Below, piece after piece: positions 58,586-64,000 of a DNA stretch of 64,000 nt. Below the pieces are notes generated by a model. That model saw only the letters and a program-made list of their open reading frames with translations, was not told where the DNA came from and searched no databases. Made by a program: the position numbers and the translations under genes. The DNA comes from Candidatus Micrarchaeota archaeon (lineage in GTDB: Archaea > Micrarchaeota > Micrarchaeia > Micrarchaeales > CABMGC01), in the NCBI GenBank assembly GCA_021804095.1, contig JAJZKQ010000001.1, positions 17,993-81,992 on the forward strand, in the 5' to 3' direction. The stretch's first letter is position 1. Each line of letters begins with the position of its first letter.

Positions 58586-60210
58586 ATCTGTATGGTGCCA
58601 CAATGAAAAAAGAAATATACTACTGGATTGTACTTATTGTAATAATATTGGGAACAGCATTCTACGTTAGATTAAACTATAACCCCAAAACATCAGTATC
58701 GCTAAACTTCTCCTCCTCAGCTTCCAATACCACCATATACCAATACCAACAAGCCACGTTGGAACTACAAGTACTTAACAACGGCCCCACAGTGAAAGGA
58801 CTAACTGTAGGCCTATCGCTAAACGGAAATCTAACTGACATATATAACGTATCTTTGCCTACCGGAAAAGGAACAATGATAAAAATAACACACACGTTCG
58901 GAACCCCCGGCATATACAATTTTACTGCAGAAACAGACCCTACAAAACTATACAACAACATAAACCAAGCATCAACCAGCATTACTGTCTCTGTTCTTCC
59001 TCCAGAAAAAGCAGAGCCTCAGACGCTGCTTCCCGCAAACCAGACTGACTTCTACGCCTCAAACATGACAATTTTAGGCTATGGTATCTCTTCGTATCTA
59101 AATAAAAACTACAGCGTAAGCCAGACAAAACTTTCCAATATCCTTCCAGTCAATATATTCATGGATCGTCTATTCACAATCGGCGGAAGCTATATAGAAA
59201 ACATATCAACAGCAAGCGCGGAGTATAATAACGGGAGAGGCCTCTCCCTGTGGTTCGACGGATATCTTAAACCTTCAATAATCGGAGTATCAGCCCAAGC
59301 CGAAAATCTGACAGTTTCCAACCAGACAATAGGAACCCAACCTATCTCTCTGATAAGGGTTTCGCCAAACGTGACAACATGCAGCTGGTATTCTTCCGGA
59401 TGGATAAAGACCTTCTCCTGGGAAGGAAACTCAACCTGCGCCGAAATCCTGAAAGAGAATCCTACAGGAATTTCAGAAAACAACACACTTAAAAAACTTC
59501 TTACCTTCCAAAACAACACCATTTCCCTTGAAAACTTCTACGAAAAAAACAACACAAGTTCCAGATATGGAAATCTTATAGTCACAGGAAAAGACGCCCT
59601 TGCATATTATACTCTCTGGGACAATTATACTGAAAACCACACCTGCTATGGTCTCACAGACACTTTCAATTCAAGCTCCTTCTGCAGTGTCTACATGCTG
59701 CAAAATTCAGGCAGCTTGGGAAACGTCTCCCTCATACGCACAACGGAATATCTAGGCAAATACAACATAAGCGTATTTTCAATAACAAACTCTTCAACAA
59801 ACCCATTCAACCAGGTAAGCAACAACATAGGCATGATACAAAACCTAAAACTACAAGGAGACTCAATAAACTTCACTTCAGGCCTTTCAAATACATGTGA
59901 TTTCACAGGAGTAGTTTCGTGCGGCACACCGACATTCGCCAACAGCTCAATATCACTGAACCTAACAAACATCGCAAATCAGACAATCAGGCTAAATTCA
60001 ATCGGTTGTTTCATGTCAGGAATAGGCCCAGGATCGCTTATCAACAAGACACTTGCAGCAGGAGCATCTACACAAATAACAACAGAGTGCTACAACAACA
60101 GCAAGACCATAAATGCCATACCACTAAACCTGCAGCTCAGGATTCTATTAAACTATACTGAAAATAACGTTTCAGATACGATGCAGGGAGGCGCACTCAT
60201 AACAATATGA
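58582..60210 (+). CDS. Secreted CARDB/Ig-like surface glycoprotein
   Basis: N-terminal TM, VLNNG...G.YNFTAETDP, dense sequons, Cys pairs. Confidence 0.75.
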   Translation: MNLYGATMKKEIYYWIVLIVIILGTAFYVRLNYNPKTSVSLNFSSSASNTTIYQYQQATLELQVLNNGPTVKGLTVGLSLNGNLTDIYNVSLPTGKGTMIKITHTFGTPGIYNFTAETDPTKLYNNINQASTSITVSVLPPEKAEPQTLLPANQTDFYASNMTILGYGISSYLNKNYSVSQTKLSNILPVNIFMDRLFTIGGSYIENISTASAEYNNGRGLSLWFDGYLKPSIIGVSAQAENLTVSNQTIGTQPISLIRVSPNVTTCSWYSSGWIKTFSWEGNSTCAEILKENPTGISENNTLKKLLTFQNNTISLENFYEKNNTSSRYGNLIVTGKDALAYYTLWDNYTENHTCYGLTDTFNSSSFCSVYMLQNSGSLGNVSLIRTTEYLGKYNISVFSITNSSTNPFNQVSNNIGMIQNLKLQGDSINFTSGLSNTCDFTGVVSCGTPTFANSSISLNLTNIANQTIRLNSIGCFMSGIGPGSLINKTLAAGASTQITTECYNNSKTINAIPLNLQLRILLNYTENNVSDTMQGGALITI

Positions 60211-60303
60211 AGGTCTTCACGTATTTCACCAAAACAAAACATAAGAACTCAAGCCTTAATAAACGCCCCCAGATTTTCCAAACAGAACAAATGTGGTCTA
60301 TTC

Positions 60304-63066
60304 ATGCCAGACATATACCAATTATTCCTTGGAAAATTCACTACGTTTACAGAAATACAGAAGCTAGCAATTCCAATAATAAAAGAAGGGAAGAACTGCA
60401 TAATATCTGCCCCTACAGGCAACGGAAAAACCGAAGCCGCGCTTCTTCCCATCCTTGAAAACTTAGGGAACAGGAGAGAAGACCCAGGTATACGTGCAAT
60501 ATATGTTACACCGCTCAGAGCATTGAACAGAGACCTTGAGAAAAGACTAGTCTGGTTATGCGGAGAGATGGGAATAACCATGGCATCAAGGCATGGAGAC
60601 ACCCCAACATCAGAACGGTCAAAACAAGCTTCGTCTCCTCCAAGCCTTATGATAACCACACCAGAAACATTACAAAATCTTTTTTTCTCGCCCAGGCTGC
60701 GATCATCACTAAAGAACATAAAGACGGTTATAATAGATGAGATGCATGAACTATACTACAACAAACGCGGAGCGCAGCTGGCTGTTGCATTAGAACGCAT
60801 AGAAGAAATTTCAGGACCATTCCAACGCATAGGAATAAGTGCAACAATAGGGGATCCTGGAAAGGTATCCTCTTTCCTTTTCGGAAAGCGACAATTCGAA
60901 ATAATAAAAGTCAAGACACCAAAAAAACTCTCCATCAGAATAGAAATGCCTGGAATTCCACAGCGCCCCCATCCGGAATTTGTACAGGCATTCTCATTAG
61001 ATGACAAATCACTTGCCAGGATTGAGAGAATCTCAGACCTGATAAAGACATCAGGAGCCTCAATAGTCTTTGCGAATACGCGACAGGCAGTGGAATCTCT
61101 CGGCAGCAAGCTAATATACCTGAACAGGCTGGAAGGCACCAATTCGATAGGAATACATCACAGTTCTCTCGACAAGCAGGAACGAATTGAAATAGAAAAC
61201 ACATTCAAGGAAGGCAAATTAAACGCAATAATAGCAACGAGCTCACTAGAATTGGGGATAGATATAGGCCGTGTAGATCATGTAATACAATACGGTTCGC
61301 CAAAACAACCTGACAGGCTAATACAGAGAATGGGCAGGGGAGGACACCGGGAAGGAGAAACATCAAAAGGACACATAATTGTATCCAGTATCCTGGAGGC
61401 AGCAGAATCGGCTTCAGTCACGATTGCTGCAGAATCAGGAATCTTAGAGAACAAAAACATAGAAGTCTGCCCATACGATGTAATGATAAACCAGATAACC
61501 GCGATGGTGCTGGAGCATGGGAAGATAAAAACAGAAGACATCAAGCGAATACTTTTAAGGACATCAAACTTTTCCGATCTAAAAGATCAAAAATTCGAAG
61601 AAGCGCTGAAACTCGGAGAAGAACTCGGCCTGTTCAATTCAAAGGAGGGAGTGCTCTCGGTCTCATCAAGAACAAGAAAATATTTTTACGGCAACATAAG
61701 CGTAATTCCTGACTCACCGCGATTTTTTGTAAGAGAAGCCATAAAAAACCGCATAATTTCTACACTGGATGAAAAATTCGTACACAGCTATCTTGACCTA
61801 AACAGCACTTTTATAACAAAAGGAACTCCGTGGAAGGTTATAAACATAGAAGAAAATACGATCTTTGTAGAACAGTCACAGGATCTCGAATCGGCAATTC
61901 CTGACTGGGAGGGGGAGGACATTCCCGTTTCACAGGAGATAGCAAGAAAAACCATGGGCATTCTCAACGACCCTTCCGAAATTTCAAACAAACTGGACAA
62001 GAACACATTCAAGGATCTCCGTGACTTTTCAGAAAGACACAGAAAAGATTTCCTATACGAAGAAGAAAACATAACAATAGAAGAGCTTGAAGATTATGTC
62101 ATCATATACCTTCCTTTAGGAAAACTCGCCAACGAGTACCTTGCCAGAACAATATCTGGTCTAGTAGCAGCATCAGTACACGACAGAGCCTATGTAAAAT
62201 CTACACCGTATGTGATACTCATAGATTGCAGGCAACTTATGAAAATCCCAAACATGCAGAAAGTATTCAACACACTAATTAACATCGATTCGGAAACCAT
62301 GAAATCATTCATAGAAAAATCGGAACTTTTCAGATACAAATTCATACAAATTGCAAAACTTTCCGGAATCATAGACAAAAAAGCGGCAATAACAAAGAAT
62401 GTAGCCAACAGGATTTCCGAATTCTACAAAGACACTCTAATATACGAAGAAACAATGAGAGACCTTGAGAAAAATTACCTGGATTCGCATACTGTAGGAA
62501 TTTTTCTAGAAAAAATCCGAAAAGGCAAGATAACATTTAAGACAAGAACATCAGAATCCCCTCTTACAAGAGAGATACTCTCACAGGCGCTGAATTACAG
62601 GGAATTCCTATCTGCCATCACTCCTGGCACAGAGGAAATAAAAGCCTTCGAAGAAAAATTCAAGGCAAAAGAGGTAGTAATGTTATGTACTTTCTGTTCA
62701 CTCCAATTCAGCCACAAGATAGACCTTTCAAATAATACAAAACTAAAATGCAAGAGATGCGGAAGCCCCATGCTCTCCATATATGAAGAAGCATATGATG
62801 CGGTGTTGAAGAAAAAACAAGAAGGCAAAAAACTTTCATCGGCAGAACGCCAGGCATATTCTAACGCGATTGCTGAAACCGGCATGATAAGCGCATATGG
62901 CGACAGGGCCATCGTGGCTCTTCTGACATATGGTGTGGGCACAGTAACAGCTTCAAGGTTACTCAGAATGATAAGGCCAGACAAAGACAAATTCATAAAA
63001 GACCTTATAGAAGCCCAGAAGACCTTCATAAAGAACAGCAAATTCTGGAAAACTACCGGAAAATAA
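60304..63066 (+). CDS. lhr: Lhr-like SF2 helicase
   Basis: APTGNGKT, TTPETL, DEMH, QRMGRGGH, PDWEGE, C-terminal Zn finger. Confidence 0.92.
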   Translation: MPDIYQLFLGKFTTFTEIQKLAIPIIKEGKNCIISAPTGNGKTEAALLPILENLGNRREDPGIRAIYVTPLRALNRDLEKRLVWLCGEMGITMASRHGDTPTSERSKQASSPPSLMITTPETLQNLFFSPRLRSSLKNIKTVIIDEMHELYYNKRGAQLAVALERIEEISGPFQRIGISATIGDPGKVSSFLFGKRQFEIIKVKTPKKLSIRIEMPGIPQRPHPEFVQAFSLDDKSLARIERISDLIKTSGASIVFANTRQAVESLGSKLIYLNRLEGTNSIGIHHSSLDKQERIEIENTFKEGKLNAIIATSSLELGIDIGRVDHVIQYGSPKQPDRLIQRMGRGGHREGETSKGHIIVSSILEAAESASVTIAAESGILENKNIEVCPYDVMINQITAMVLEHGKIKTEDIKRILLRTSNFSDLKDQKFEEALKLGEELGLFNSKEGVLSVSSRTRKYFYGNISVIPDSPRFFVREAIKNRIISTLDEKFVHSYLDLNSTFITKGTPWKVINIEENTIFVEQSQDLESAIPDWEGEDIPVSQEIARKTMGILNDPSEISNKLDKNTFKDLRDFSERHRKDFLYEEENITIEELEDYVIIYLPLGKLANEYLARTISGLVAASVHDRAYVKSTPYVILIDCRQLMKIPNMQKVFNTLINIDSETMKSFIEKSELFRYKFIQIAKLSGIIDKKAAITKNVANRISEFYKDTLIYEETMRDLEKNYLDSHTVGIFLEKIRKGKITFKTRTSESPLTREILSQALNYREFLSAITPGTEEIKAFEEKFKAKEVVMLCTFCSLQFSHKIDLSNNTKLKCKRCGSPMLSIYEEAYDAVLKKKQEGKKLSSAERQAYSNAIAETGMISAYGDRAIVALLTYGVGTVTASRLLRMIRPDKDKFIKDLIEAQKTFIKNSKFWKTTGK

Positions 63067-63078
63067 GATAAGAAAATA

Positions 63079-64000
63079 TCAACCGCTTACCCCTTCTGAG
63101 TTGTCTATATGTTCATCATGTTCAGATTGGCTGGATCCATCCTCAGAACGCAGTTCATCAAAGAGCATCGCGTCAGACACTACTGCTCCTTCTGACATTC
63201 TCATAAGCCTCACTCCACTTGCGCTTCTGCCTGTGATCCTTATGGACGATATGGGTATGGTTATGCTCTTTCCTTTGGTGTTTATGAGCGCCAGGTGTTT
63301 CTCTCCTCTAAGGAACATGCATCTGGAAACGCTCCCGGTTTTTGAGTTTATTTTCATATTTCTTACTCCCTTCCCTCCTCTCGATTGAAGCCTATACTCT
63401 TCTACCGGTGTTATCTTCCCGAAACCGTTAATTGTTATTGCAAGTATGCTGCCTTCCTCATTAGCAGGAAGTATATTTACCGGTTCATCATTAACCATCC
63501 TGATTCCACGTACTCCCATTGACATCCTCCCTGTAAACCTTAACGATTCCTGATCGAATTTTATCGCCTTGCCATTTTTAGTAACTATTATCAGGTATTT
63601 TTCATTTTGATATACTACAGCATCTGCTATCTCGTCTCCTTCTCCGAGAGTAAGTGCTCTTATTCCAGAAGACCTTGGATGGGAAAAGAGCTCTCCACGC
63701 ATCTTCTTGACCATCCCTTTCTTGGTGAGGAAGACGATCTTAGAATCTGAAAACTGTTTTATGTTAAGAAGCCCTACTATCTTCTCATTCTCCAGGTTTA
63801 GCAGGTTAACTATTGCCCTCCCTTCCGAATATCTGCTGCTCTCAGGTATCAGATAGGCTTTAAGCCAATATACCCTTCCGGTGTTGGATATACATACTAC
63901 GTAATCCTTGTTATTGCAGTTAATCATCTGCCTTACGCTGTCCCCTTCCTTCAGATTTATGGATATCATGCCTTTTCCTCCACGGGACTGTTCTTTGTAG
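63079..64000 (-). CDS. gyrA: DNA gyrase subunit A, C-terminal part (5' end outside window)
   Basis: GyrA-box QSRGGKG and beta-pinwheel repeats. Confidence 0.92.
   Translation of the reverse strand, partial: YKEQSRGGKGMISINLKEGDSVRQMINCNNKDYVVCISNTGRVYWLKAYLIPESSRYSEGRAIVNLLNLENEKIVGLLNIKQFSDSKIVFLTKKGMVKKMRGELFSHPRSSGIRALTLGEGDEIADAVVYQNEKYLIIVTKNGKAIKFDQESLRFTGRMSMGVRGIRMVNDEPVNILPANEEGSILAITINGFGKITPVEEYRLQSRGGKGVRNMKINSKTGSVSRCMFLRGEKHLALINTKGKSITIPISSIRITGRSASGVRLMRMSEGAVVSDAMLFDELRSEDGSSQSEHDEHIDNSEGVSG

Noticed and set aside
1..64000. CRISPR array or rRNA
   Set aside because: No regularly spaced repeats or rRNA-like sequence seen

Overview
Chromosomal window of a small-genome archaeon, most likely DPANN Micrarchaeota (ARMAN-like). 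Support for that call: an epsilon2-sized tRNA splicing endonuclease, tRNA introns at 59/60, bacterial-type gyrA/folA/thyX, and class III signal LamG/pilin proteins. Most of the window is housekeeping: translation, transcription, replication and nucleotide metabolism. A metal/mercury-resistance accessory island (~2.9-9.7 kb) lies next to tRNA-Glu and a 5'-truncated integrase. Signals absent from the ORF track: (1) a tRNA-Pro gene with an A34 anticodon (AGG), G73 or an 8-bp acceptor stem, and a perfect BHB intron in the T-loop; (2) a sharp G/T-to-C/A strand-skew flip at an inverted pair of ORB-like boxes around an AT-rich core (56.3-56.5 kb), a candidate oriC with reversed skew polarity; (3) a ~160-bp miniature IS200/IS605 element in which the TnpB N- and C-termini are fused; (4) a missed eL41 gene and probable ATA/CTG start codons; (5) structured intergenic RNA candidates and an exact 348-bp tandem duplication. 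All family calls come from motif recognition by eye, not database searches.
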